Positions 50,699 to 60,622 of a stretch of 64,000 bases of DNA are shown here, in pieces. The translations under genes were made by a program, and so were the position numbers. Source of the stretch: an uncultured virus (IMG/VR IMGVR_UViG_3300037088_000888) (lineage: Duplodnaviria; Heunggongvirae; Uroviricota; Caudoviricetes); the IMG/VR virus record IMGVR_UViG_3300037088_000888. One strand, written 5' to 3'. The notes below the pieces were generated by a model that worked only from the letters and a program-made list of their open reading frames with translations, did no database searches and was not told the DNA's origin. Position 1 is the stretch's first letter. Each line of letters opens with the position of its first letter.

Positions 50699-53533
50699 TT
50701 AAAACCACCATAATGTTCTCCACATTTCCTGACCAGTGTGACGCATTATATATACATATTTAAGACCATCAACGGTAGTTAATACTTCCATTCTATTACC
50801 AATAATTGGAGTACTATGATTATATGGTGGTTGACCGATATTATTTACAGTTAATTTATTAACGTCAAGAACAAATGTTCTTTGTGTTGCAGCAGCATCA
50901 CCTCTGTGTATTACAATATTATTAACACCATCATAACTATACATACAACCTGTAGTAAAAATTTCTGTTTGTGGTTGAATATAAATTGATAAATCCCAAG
51001 TGTTTTTGGTTATATCATATCTGTCAAAAACATTAGAACTACCACCTCTTGTACACCATATATATCTTCCTTTATTAGCTGTTACTGTTGTTCCATATAC
51101 CCAAATTGGTTTTATCGATGCGCCTCTTGCTGGAACACCTAATATTGTATATGTAGATGTTGTATCGGGTGCTGTAATAGAACCAAATGTTAATACTGTT
51201 GCCGTATTTGAGGCTATTAATGATTCTTGACACAAACCAGTCCCTGAAGTTATTCTGACTTTTTTGGCTGCCCATTGATTTACCGTCCAGTTTTTTGTCG
51301 TATCACCTAATGTAGTTGCAGCAACGTTACCAGTAACTAAGCCAAATGTATCCATTATTATATATTTGGTTGTATTGTCTGGTGTAAATGTTTGAAGACC
51401 ATATTTTAATGCGGTTGCAGTATTTCCAGTAATTGCAACTTCGCTACCAACACCAGTACCAGCAAGTATTCTATATTTATAACCATTCCATTGATTTGAA
51501 TACCATGCTTTTGTGGTATCTGCCAACGTATATGTAGTACCACTAACTGCTCTACCAACATTAATATAATTACTTGCTTTCCATTGTTCATCTCTACCAA
51601 ATGCTTCTGGTTGTGCTATCACATATCTTGACGCAACTGTGGCTGAGGTGATTGTTGCTACAACTAAAGACGTTGCAGTATTTGAAGTAATTCTTCTGAT
51701 TTGTGTTGTTGTAGGAGCATAACTTGCATTATATAATGTTACTAATTTACCTGTATGTTCATTAGCTGTCCAGTTTTTTGATGCATCAACAATTAACGTG
51801 GTTGTCTGAGATAATGATGCTGCTGCACTTCCTGCTGCTGTTATTATAATATCAAATGTTGTTATTGAATCACAAGCTAATATTGAATATGTTGTATTCC
51901 AAGTAGCACCACTACAACCACCAACAGTAATGCTGTTTCCCACATAAAAATTATGACTTGTTGAAGTTGTGATTCTACCAACAGTACCAGTAGTTGTTAT
52001 GTTTACGGTTAGTGCATTATCGCCACCACCACTAATTTTTGTTGTTGATTTACCAGCACCAGTTGTATAAGTTAATCCAGCCGAGTATAATTCAACCCCC
52101 GTAACAACACCAGCAGTCACTGATGTCACCCTGCCTTTACCAACAGTACCACCAGCAGTAATATTAAATGTATCACCCACAGCATATCCTGTGCCACCAA
52201 CAGTTGGAGTAGCATTCAATGCTGTTATTCCACCAGTATTTCTAACCCCCGTTGACATTTCAATAGGAGCTTGACTACCATAAATGATTGAAATATTATT
52301 AGTATTTCCATAATCAATATACGGTGAAGTACACCACATATCTGCATTAATCAAATAATTATACATGGATGCTTGCGCATGTCCAGCTAAATGTATTAAA
52401 TTTGTATTACCCCAGATTTCAAAAACACTGGTATTATTTGGTTGAGTTTTCCAAGGTCTGGAAATTTCGAATAAAGTAGATGTGTTTCCAACAATTTTCT
52501 CAAACTGTCCAATACCAACACCACCCGTAATTTTTACTCCATAATTTGAATAAGCATCAACAGTATACGTATCACCACTTTTTGATATTGTTCTTGCACC
52601 ACCACTTGTTGCTGTTCTTCCTGTTAAAAATGCGCCACTCTTTTCATCAATTGTTTCAATGCTTGCATCTGTACTTATAACAGCAAGAATATTTTGTGCC
52701 AATCCTGTTTTATTTATCCAAGTATCTGATAAAACATCATAATATTGCAATGCTGCAGTTGTGCCTATTCCACTAAATAACCATATACCTCCAGTTAAAA
52801 GCATAAATGTTGATGTGGCATCTGGAACAGGACTCATTGTAGGTACTGTAATTGTTGTTGATTCAATATAATATAAGGTTTGTGAAGCAGCAGCAGCAGA
52901 TGGTACGGTATAAGGTGTAATAATGCTAAATGACATATTATTCCAATTATCAATATGCTGAAAATTTGCATCATAAAGATATAAGTTTGTTGCATCATTA
53001 TATATTACTTTTCTTATTTGGCTTGCACCACCACCATAAACAAGCCTAACCTGATATCCAACCCATTGATTTATTCTCCATCTTTTTGTTGTATCTGTAA
53101 GTTGTGAAGCAGTTGCTGTTGTTGGTGTTCCGTGGTCTTCAATATTATTAACGGCTGTTGAGGATATTGTTAGTTCTTGACCAAGACCAGTACCTGAAGT
53201 TATTCTTATTTTATTACCTGTTAATATGTCTGATTGTATTCCTGCAATTTTTAATGTTGTTGACGTAGCAGCTAAAACATTACCACGATTACCCTGTTTT
53301 GTTTGATATTTTAAACTTGCCACAACAGTTGGTGTTTGATTGGGTGTGGCTAATTGCTGCCAAGTATCTGCCCATGCATCAAATCTCCAAAATGTTGTAC
53401 TAAAATAATAAAAATATCTAACATCATCACTACATGTTGCTGATATTGCTGCTGTTGCAACTGGAGCAAATCTTGTCCATTCCCAAACAGGTGCATCAAC
53501 TATTTTTCTTAAATTATTACTTAAAATACCCAT
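50699..53533 (-). CDS. Tail fibre/receptor-binding-like protein (beta-propeller ends, Thr/Gly-rich repeats)
   Basis: Repeated D(T/A)(T/S)KxWxxN(Q/E) and RITSGTG motifs; Kelch-like YD...W blades. Confidence 0.55.
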   Translation of the reverse strand: MGILSNNLRKIVDAPVWEWTRFAPVATAAISATCSDDVRYFYYFSTTFWRFDAWADTWQQLATPNQTPTVVASLKYQTKQGNRGNVLAATSTTLKIAGIQSDILTGNKIRITSGTGLGQELTISSTAVNNIEDHGTPTTATASQLTDTTKRWRINQWVGYQVRLVYGGGASQIRKVIYNDATNLYLYDANFQHIDNWNNMSFSIITPYTVPSAAAASQTLYYIESTTITVPTMSPVPDATSTFMLLTGGIWLFSGIGTTAALQYYDVLSDTWINKTGLAQNILAVISTDASIETIDEKSGAFLTGRTATSGGARTISKSGDTYTVDAYSNYGVKITGGVGIGQFEKIVGNTSTLFEISRPWKTQPNNTSVFEIWGNTNLIHLAGHAQASMYNYLINADMWCTSPYIDYGNTNNISIIYGSQAPIEMSTGVRNTGGITALNATPTVGGTGYAVGDTFNITAGGTVGKGRVTSVTAGVVTGVELYSAGLTYTTGAGKSTTKISGGGDNALTVNITTTGTVGRITTSTSHNFYVGNSITVGGCSGATWNTTYSILACDSITTFDIIITAAGSAAASLSQTTTLIVDASKNWTANEHTGKLVTLYNASYAPTTTQIRRITSNTATSLVVATITSATVASRYVIAQPEAFGRDEQWKASNYINVGRAVSGTTYTLADTTKAWYSNQWNGYKYRILAGTGVGSEVAITGNTATALKYGLQTFTPDNTTKYIIMDTFGLVTGNVAATTLGDTTKNWTVNQWAAKKVRITSGTGLCQESLIASNTATVLTFGSITAPDTTSTYTILGVPARGASIKPIWVYGTTVTANKGRYIWCTRGGSSNVFDRYDITKNTWDLSIYIQPQTEIFTTGCMYSYDGVNNIVIHRGDAAATQRTFVLDVNKLTVNNIGQPPYNHSTPIIGNRMEVLTTVDGLKYVYIMRHTGQEMWRTLWWF

Positions 53534-53547
53534 TATTATATTATTTG

Positions 53548-54084
53548 TTAATTAAATATTATATTGCTTCTTAATGTATTATACGCAACCCTTGCCCAAT
53601 CAATAATTTGATATCTTGAATCAACTCCTGCGAGTTGTCCCACTGATGTTACAGTACCTGCACTTGTTAATGTACCGCTTACTGCTGTTGTTGGTGCAGA
53701 ACTTACTGTTATTGATGGCATTACTTCAACAGCTATTTTTTGTCTATTATTAGAATCAACCGTTCCGTTTGATTCCATTACATCAATTAATCTTCTTAAT
53801 AATATTGCTTCTTCTGAACGTTTCGTGTCTTGAAGAATATCATCATAAAATATTTCCAATGCATCATAATTATTCATTGCTGTTGTATTATATCCTAATG
53901 TAACAATATTATTAACAACTGTTGCTGTTAATCCTGTATTATTAAATTGATATAATACTGGTTTTGCAGAATTACTTACATTTGTTATCATCAACAAACC
54001 TTGTAGATATACTAAAGTATAATCATTAAAGACAATTGTTTTTGCTGCTGCGTTAAAATTATAATTGGTTATTAGTAATTTCAT
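53548..54084 (-). CDS. Hypothetical fibre-associated protein
   Basis: Coupled ORF between two fibre-like genes. Confidence 0.5.
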   Translation of the reverse strand: MKLLITNYNFNAAAKTIVFNDYTLVYLQGLLMITNVSNSAKPVLYQFNNTGLTATVVNNIVTLGYNTTAMNNYDALEIFYDDILQDTKRSEEAILLRRLIDVMESNGTVDSNNRQKIAVEVMPSITVSSAPTTAVSGTLTSAGTVTSVGQLAGVDSRYQIIDWARVAYNTLRSNIIFN

Positions 54085-56336
54085 GACATTGCTATTTGAT
54101 ATGCAATCATATTATTATTTATTTGTGCTATACATGAAATAAATACTTGTGTTTGTAAAAAAGAATTGGCTAAATTACCGCCAAGACATAATGAATTTCC
54201 AGCAGTTGTTGCGCATACTGCTGTACCACCAGATAACAAATAACCTGCAGCTAATACTCCATTTAAACAAGTTGCATTAGTAGCAGTTATTGTACTGCCT
54301 GTATTAAGATAGTATGCACTTAAATGATTATTTAATTTATTTGAGTCACTTGCACAAGCAACAGTAATAGTAGAACCTGTATTAAGATAATATGATGCAG
54401 ATTTATTATTTAATTTTGCTGAATCTGCTGCACAAGCATTTATGCCTAAGAAACAAGAAGGTACACATCCATAAAGAGCTAGTGAATTTATACTTGTTGA
54501 ACCAGTATTAAGATAATAAGCAGGTAATTGATTATTTAATTTAGCACTATCACTTGCACAAGCATTTACTCCAAGAAAACAAGTAGGTACACAACCGCAT
54601 AAACCCAATGAATTTGCTGCAGTACTGCCACTTAAAAGAAAACTTGTTGGTACGCATCCACAAAGATTTTTTGCACCGACTGCACAAGTTGCACATATTG
54701 CAGTACTACCTGTATTAAGATAATATGCGGGTAACTTGTTATTTAATTTTGCTGAATCGGCAGCACAAGCAGTTGTACCAAGAAAACACGATGGTGAACA
54801 GTTACAGAATATTGTTGAACCAGTATTAAGATAATATGATGCACTTTGATTATTTAATTTTGAACTGTTAATTGCCGTGTCACCTGACAAAAGAAATGAA
54901 GCAGGTACACAACCACAAAGATTTTTAGCACCAACTGCACAAGTAGCGCATATTGCTGTACTACCAGATAATAAAAATGATAATGGAACACAACCACATA
55001 ATGCTTTTGAATTAATACTACTTGTCGAACATAATGCTGTTGAACCCGTATTAAGATAATATGATGCACTTTGATTATTTAATTTTGAACTATTAACAGC
55101 AGTTCCACCTGATAAAAGAAAACTTGCAGGTACACAACCACAAAGTGCTTTTGAATTAATAGAACTTGTTGCACAGATAGCTGTACTACCTGTATTAAGA
55201 TAGTATGTAGGTAATTTATTATTAAAACAAGTTGAATTTACAGAATTAGTCGCACAAATAGCTGTACCACCTGATAATAAGAAACTTGCAGGTACACAAC
55301 CACATAATGCTTTTGAATTAATACTTGAAGTTGCACATATCGAAGTACCACCACTAAGTAAAAATGATGCTGGTACACAACCACATAATGTCAATGAATT
55401 TATTGCAGTTGTTGCACATATTGCAGTGCCACCACTTAACAAATATTGATTATGAGTGTGTCCAGTGTTACTTTTACCAGCTAAAGCATTAACAAGTCCC
55501 GTTACTTGATTTTGAGTAATTGTAATTCCTGATTGTTTAAAATGAATTGTTGTATCGCCCGTATGTGAAACAAATGCAATATTAGGTGCATAAATTCCTG
55601 TGTGGGTATGTCCAGTACTTGATTTTCCTGCTAAATCTAACACTAAATTAGTTACTTGTCTTTCTGCAATAGTTATACCACTTTGTTTGAAATGTATCGT
55701 AGAATCACTTGTATGCCCCGTTAAATCCGATTCAAGTGCATAGATATCTAAATTTGGTAAATTTGTAAGTCCACTATAAGGATGCGTATGTATTAAATTC
55801 GCTTTCTCTGATAATAAATTTGGAATTGTTGTACCAGTAAAAGCATTAAAATTGATGTTAGTAACACCAGAACCAGCAGCAATGATATTATTAATATTTA
55901 ATCCACTATCAACTAAACTACCGTTTGTAGTGATTGTTGGAATATTATTAATAATTCCATCAGCAATTTTATTGATTTTATTTTCGGTTTTACCACTAAT
56001 AGATTTGATATTGGTATTTAATGGTATTATTGTTTGAAATAATTGATTTAATGTAATATTATCTGATAATACTGTTGTTCCTGTTAATTGATTGTAATTA
56101 GTAACATCAATAATATTTGATGGTGATATGTGATTTATCCATTCTGATATATTATTTTCTAAATTATTAACAATTGTTGTTCCAACAACTCTCCAGAAAT
56201 AAATTGGTTGTATTTCATTCAGAATAAAATCAGAATATAATGATTGTTCTGTTCCACCTGTTGATGTATCAGAACTATTTTTTCTAATAATAGTGTTACC
56301 AAAATCTGTTCTATATATGTAATACAAATTAGTCAT
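54081..56336 (-). CDS. Tail fibre-like protein with His-Thr-His motifs and a Cys-rich repeat region
   Basis: Three HxH motifs; 7x LCGC, 7x YYLNTGST, 8x LLSG(G/S/D)T. Confidence 0.65.
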   Translation of the reverse strand: MTNLYYIYRTDFGNTIIRKNSSDTSTGGTEQSLYSDFILNEIQPIYFWRVVGTTIVNNLENNISEWINHISPSNIIDVTNYNQLTGTTVLSDNITLNQLFQTIIPLNTNIKSISGKTENKINKIADGIINNIPTITTNGSLVDSGLNINNIIAAGSGVTNINFNAFTGTTIPNLLSEKANLIHTHPYSGLTNLPNLDIYALESDLTGHTSDSTIHFKQSGITIAERQVTNLVLDLAGKSSTGHTHTGIYAPNIAFVSHTGDTTIHFKQSGITITQNQVTGLVNALAGKSNTGHTHNQYLLSGGTAICATTAINSLTLCGCVPASFLLSGGTSICATSSINSKALCGCVPASFLLSGGTAICATNSVNSTCFNNKLPTYYLNTGSTAICATSSINSKALCGCVPASFLLSGGTAVNSSKLNNQSASYYLNTGSTALCSTSSINSKALCGCVPLSFLLSGSTAICATCAVGAKNLCGCVPASFLLSGDTAINSSKLNNQSASYYLNTGSTIFCNCSPSCFLGTTACAADSAKLNNKLPAYYLNTGSTAICATCAVGAKNLCGCVPTSFLLSGSTAANSLGLCGCVPTCFLGVNACASDSAKLNNQLPAYYLNTGSTSINSLALYGCVPSCFLGINACAADSAKLNNKSASYYLNTGSTITVACASDSNKLNNHLSAYYLNTGSTITATNATCLNGVLAAGYLLSGGTAVCATTAGNSLCLGGNLANSFLQTQVFISCIAQINNNMIAYQIAMS

Positions 56337-56340
56337 TTTT

Positions 56341-57726
56341 TTATATTTTTTCTATTCTTATCCACGATTCGTTCGGTACTGATAGAGCACTTCCACTGTC
56401 ACCGATTCTAAAAACCATTAATTCTATATAATCATTAGCATATAATAATTTTGTATATGTGGGTATTTGACTTGTCCCCTCATTATCAAAGGTATTAATA
56501 TCTCCAGATGTGGTCGTTAATTGCGCAACATAATTAATTCCATTTTTTCTTACTGAACTACCAATAAGTTTTATACCCTCTGATTGATTAAGAATAGTTA
56601 CCGAGTATGATATATTATAATGACCAGTAGTTGTTATGTAAATACGAGAACCACCAGTAAAACTTATACTTTTTCCGCTATATTCCTGCGTGTCCCAATT
56701 AATTGGTGTTGGTATAATGTCATTTACTTCCAAATTTCCGACACTATCAACTAATTGAATGAATGAATTTAATGTTGAAGCATTAAATATTAAACTATTT
56801 GTTGTGGCAGATATTGACATATTAGAACCAGCCACTAACGATTTATTATTTACATTATTATTTATAATACCCACACTTAAAACATATCTATTACCTAAAT
56901 TAGCAACATTTCTAATATTAGAAGCATATATATTTCCAGCATTATATACTGCTCCGTGAGAACTTACTGTTTTAATACTGATTTTTGGTTTTCTTGATGT
57001 TTTAACAATTTCGAATTCTTTTTCGTCTTGGATAAAACCTAATATTTTCAAAGCATACTTGCTGACAAAAAATCTATCACCGTCAATATTTTCAATTGGA
57101 TTTGCTTCAGCAAAACCTTCAAAAAGTAATGGTAAAGGATTACCCTTAATAAAAAGATATTCCTGACGTGAAGCAAAGTTTTTCAAAACTTGTTCATCAT
57201 ATGTGTTAACATCAACTCTATATTTAGTAAACAACGCAACTTCGTATATCATATCAACATTGGTGGGTTCTGGCATTTTAAATCTTAAATAAATAACTTC
57301 ACCATTGTCCAATATTGGCACATCCATATATCTGAATTTACGTGGCTGTGGTATACGATATTTTTTACCAAGACGTGTACCTGCCTGCTTGTCGATACGT
57401 CTGATTGTAATATATGGCGTGGGAACATTGTGGTCTAAATCACTAAATTTCCATGTCTTACTGAATTCACCCCATCTGTCATTATCCATATAAAAAGTAG
57501 GGACGTTTCTATTATCAATAACTAATTTCATTCCGGTATCATTAACATAATCGAATAGTCCCTGATCTAAATCTTCAAGCAATATGGTTCTTGGAAAATA
57601 TTTGGTGTTAACATCTGTCAAACGCATCAATTCTTCAATTCTATCTATACCATACTTAAGATATTCAGTACCAATTTTTGGTGGGTTGATATCAAGGGTT
57701 AATTTTACTTTTTTTGGTAGTGACAT
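56341..57726 (-). CDS. Neck/tail-completion-like protein fused to a C1q/BclA-like C-terminal domain
   Basis: N-half (EDLDQG, RWGEF, P.ITIRR, VDMIYEV) resembles neck proteins; C-terminus ITTTGHYNISYSV...ANDYIEL; GTATTTAT at 57741-57748. Confidence 0.5.
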   Translation of the reverse strand: MSLPKKVKLTLDINPPKIGTEYLKYGIDRIEELMRLTDVNTKYFPRTILLEDLDQGLFDYVNDTGMKLVIDNRNVPTFYMDNDRWGEFSKTWKFSDLDHNVPTPYITIRRIDKQAGTRLGKKYRIPQPRKFRYMDVPILDNGEVIYLRFKMPEPTNVDMIYEVALFTKYRVDVNTYDEQVLKNFASRQEYLFIKGNPLPLLFEGFAEANPIENIDGDRFFVSKYALKILGFIQDEKEFEIVKTSRKPKISIKTVSSHGAVYNAGNIYASNIRNVANLGNRYVLSVGIINNNVNNKSLVAGSNMSISATTNSLIFNASTLNSFIQLVDSVGNLEVNDIIPTPINWDTQEYSGKSISFTGGSRIYITTTGHYNISYSVTILNQSEGIKLIGSSVRKNGINYVAQLTTTSGDINTFDNEGTSQIPTYTKLLYANDYIELMVFRIGDSGSALSVPNESWIRIEKI

Positions 57727-57811
57727 GAAAATAATTTATTATAAATACTTGTATATTACTTATATTTTTTGTAATATTGCAAGTATTTATGTATAGCAAA
57801 TAATAGACAAT

Positions 57812-57970
57812 ATGAAAAATTTAAATAAAATCAAAATGCTTACTGTCAGAATTGATTCTGATTTAAATGAAAAATTTCAAAAGCATTGTAAAAAAAATGG
57901 ATATGCGATATCAAAAAGAATAAGAATATTAATGGAAAACGATATAAATGGAAATAGAAATATTAGTTAA
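57812..57970 (+). CDS. Ribbon-helix-helix DNA-binding protein (52 aa)
   Basis: Not in the ORF track. MKNLNKIKMLTVRIDSDLNEKFQKHCKKNGYAISKRIRILMENDINGNRNIS. Confidence 0.65.
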   Translation: MKNLNKIKMLTVRIDSDLNEKFQKHCKKNGYAISKRIRILMENDINGNRNIS

Positions 57971-59654
57971 TGAAAAAGGTGATTGTATTAAAGAAATTTA
58001 CTTAAAAAGGGATAATATTACTTTGCATAAGGAAATTAATAAATTTAATTTAATTTTTAATAATAATAATTTTATTTGGAGTCATAAAGTTTATAATTAT
58101 ATAAACAATATCACGGAAATACCTAAATGTTCAATATGTAAAAAAGATTTAAATTTTTTATCATTTAAATCTGGATATAGAAAATATTGTTCAATTAAAT
58201 GTGCTGTTAATTCTTCTGAGTTTAAAGCAAATAAAGAAAAAACGATGATTAAAAATTATGGGGTTAAAAATCCTTCACAATCTAATATAATTAAAGAAAA
58301 AAAAGAAAAAACGTTATTAAAAAACTATGGTGTTACGCATCCATTAAAATCTGACATAATTAAAGAACGTGTAATTCAAACAAACATTAAACATTGGGGA
58401 GTAGAAAACGTATCACAATCAGATATTGTTAGTGAAAGAAAGAAAAATACATTCTTAAAAAATTATAATGTTGAATATGGTTTTCAGTCAGAAGAAATCA
58501 AAGATAAAATAACTACAACAATACAAAATAAATATAATGTTGATAATTACGTGCAATCCAAAGAAAATAAATTATGTATTAAAAATAGCATGGATATAAA
58601 AAGAAAAAATTTCTGGTCAGATTATTTAAAAATTGATGCTTCAAACATAATTATTAGTGGCAGTACAATTACAATAAAAAATTTATGTAAATTACATGAC
58701 AGTTTTGAAATTAACAGATATAATCTTTACAACAGAACAATTGTGTATTTGCTTGAAAACATATGTACAAAATGTAATCCAATATCTGAACAATCGTCAA
58801 TTAAAGAAAATGAAGTTCGTAATTTTATTGAAAACGAATTGGATATTAAAACTGAAAAAATTAGAATAGATAATAAAGAAATTGATATTTATATGCCAGA
58901 TTATAAATTAGGTATTGAATTTGATGGCTTATATTGGCACTCTGATAATCAAAAAGATAGTAAATATCATTTGAACAAAACTGAATTATGCGAAAAAGAA
59001 AGAATACAATTATTACATATTTTTGAAGACGAATGGATATTTAAAAAAGATATTGTAAAATCAATTATAAGGTCTAAGTTAAATATTATTGAAAATAAAA
59101 TATTTGCTCGTAAATGTATAATAAGAGAAATTGATAATAATCTTACAAAAGAATTTTTAATTAATAATCACATTCAAGGTAGTGTAAATAGTAAAATTAA
59201 ATTAGGTTTATTTTATAATAACGAGTTGGTTAGTATAATGACTTTCGGTAAAAAACGTATTAGTATGGGTAATAAAATCAGAACTGATGGCGAATATGAG
59301 ATGTTGAGATTTTGTAACAAACTTAATACTCAAGTAATTGGAGGTGCAAGTAAACTATTAAGTTATTTTATTAAAACATATAATCCAAAGTCAATTTTAA
59401 CTTTTGCAGATAAACGCTATAGTCAAGGCAAGCTATATATAAATTTGGGATTTGAATTTGTCTGTGATACTCAGCCTAATTATTTTTATTTTAAACCAAG
59501 CGAAATGATTAGGTATTATCGTTTTAAATTTAGAAAAGATGTGTTGGTTAAAGAAGGTTATGATTCATCAAAAACTGAATTTCAAATTATGAATGAACGT
59601 GAATATTTAAGAATTTATGACTGCGGTCACATGAAATTTGAAAAAATTCTTTGA
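57948..59654 (+). CDS. Putative homing endonuclease, paralogue of 43612-45474
   Basis: Same architecture; near-identical motifs (SIKENEVRNFIENEL, GIEFDGLYWH, YLRIYDCGHMK). Confidence 0.7.
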   Translation: MEIEILVNEKGDCIKEIYLKRDNITLHKEINKFNLIFNNNNFIWSHKVYNYINNITEIPKCSICKKDLNFLSFKSGYRKYCSIKCAVNSSEFKANKEKTMIKNYGVKNPSQSNIIKEKKEKTLLKNYGVTHPLKSDIIKERVIQTNIKHWGVENVSQSDIVSERKKNTFLKNYNVEYGFQSEEIKDKITTTIQNKYNVDNYVQSKENKLCIKNSMDIKRKNFWSDYLKIDASNIIISGSTITIKNLCKLHDSFEINRYNLYNRTIVYLLENICTKCNPISEQSSIKENEVRNFIENELDIKTEKIRIDNKEIDIYMPDYKLGIEFDGLYWHSDNQKDSKYHLNKTELCEKERIQLLHIFEDEWIFKKDIVKSIIRSKLNIIENKIFARKCIIREIDNNLTKEFLINNHIQGSVNSKIKLGLFYNNELVSIMTFGKKRISMGNKIRTDGEYEMLRFCNKLNTQVIGGASKLLSYFIKTYNPKSILTFADKRYSQGKLYINLGFEFVCDTQPNYFYFKPSEMIRYYRFKFRKDVLVKEGYDSSKTEFQIMNEREYLRIYDCGHMKFEKIL

Positions 59655-59680
59655 ACTTAAAAATTAAATGATTACATTTG
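59650..59680 (+). promoter_or_regulatory. Bacteroidota-type promoter
   Basis: TTTG-N19-TACATTTG upstream of ATG 59699. Confidence 0.65.
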
Positions 59681-59698
59681 CGTAATTAATATAAATTT

Positions 59699-60073
59699 AT
59701 GTTAGCAGAGCGTAAAGAAATTCTTAATGAGGATAAAAGTTTAGGATACATAGAATCAGTATTTGAATCTGATAATGTATTAAAAACTACATATTTCCCT
59801 AATAATCAAAGACTTTATATTGCATTTAATCGTGGCGAAACTTATTCGTATAGTAATGTCACACCAGAAATGTATAAAGAATTTGAAGAAGCGGAATCTC
59901 AGGGCAAATGGTTTTTTAAACGAATCAACAAGAATCCAAGGCATCCATACCGTAAAGAATTTACTTTATATCCAAATGAAGTAAAAGAACTTAAGGAAAT
60001 TGTAGAAGCAAAAAAATTATCTCAAATTGAGAAAGATCAGATAGATAAAATAATGAAAAACGAAAATGAATAG
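59699..60073 (+). CDS. KTSC-domain protein
   Basis: SDNV...Y..NNQRLYIAFNRGETYSYSNV....Y.EF..AESQGKWF. Confidence 0.75.
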   Translation: MLAERKEILNEDKSLGYIESVFESDNVLKTTYFPNNQRLYIAFNRGETYSYSNVTPEMYKEFEEAESQGKWFFKRINKNPRHPYRKEFTLYPNEVKELKEIVEAKKLSQIEKDQIDKIMKNENE

Positions 60074-60398
60074 TATCGAAGAACTTCAGAATCTTATTGA
60101 ATTACTTAAACAGGCATTAAATTTTTATGCTAATGGTGAAAACTATAAAGGTAATAAAAGTGCAAGTAGTTGTTGTAGTGGTATATCAGTATCAAAAGTT
60201 GAAATGGACGAAGGTATTCAGGCACGCTTTGCGTTAAAACAAGCAGAAGAATTGATTGAAACAAATCGTAAAATGCAAGAAGATTATGATAGACTTATGT
60301 CTGCTGCAGATCAACTTCAAGCAACCGGTGATATGGCAGACCCACAAGAATTAATTAAAGCATTTAAAATATTAGGAAATGAAGATAAAAATGTTTAA
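60066..60398 (+). CDS. Hypothetical protein
   Basis: Coupled helical ORF. Confidence 0.55.
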   Translation: MNSIEELQNLIELLKQALNFYANGENYKGNKSASSCCSGISVSKVEMDEGIQARFALKQAEELIETNRKMQEDYDRLMSAADQLQATGDMADPQELIKAFKILGNEDKNV

Positions 60399-60433
60399 TT
60401 AATATAATTTTAAATCAATAATAAAAACATACT

Positions 60434-60622
60434 ATGAAAGGCACAACTGGAAAGAAAATGAGAAGGGAGAATGCCAAGAAAATGCTTGAAGCACAACTCC
60501 TTAGAGGTACAAAACCCGAAAAAGTAAATGGTAAAACAACCAATAATATGATACCACTGACTACTGGTGATATCACCCGCATCAATCGTGAGATTGAAGA
60601 AATAAATAATAAGAAGAAATAA
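60434..60622 (+). CDS. Small basic hypothetical protein
   Basis: ORF co-oriented with its neighbours. Confidence 0.5.
   Translation: MKGTTGKKMRRENAKKMLEAQLLRGTKPEKVNGKTTNNMIPLTTGDITRINREIEEINNKKK

Noticed and set aside
54100..55445. CRISPR array or DGR template/variable repeats
   Set aside because: Repeats are in-frame coding modules without unique spacers or adenine-specific variation; no cas or reverse transcriptase gene in the window.
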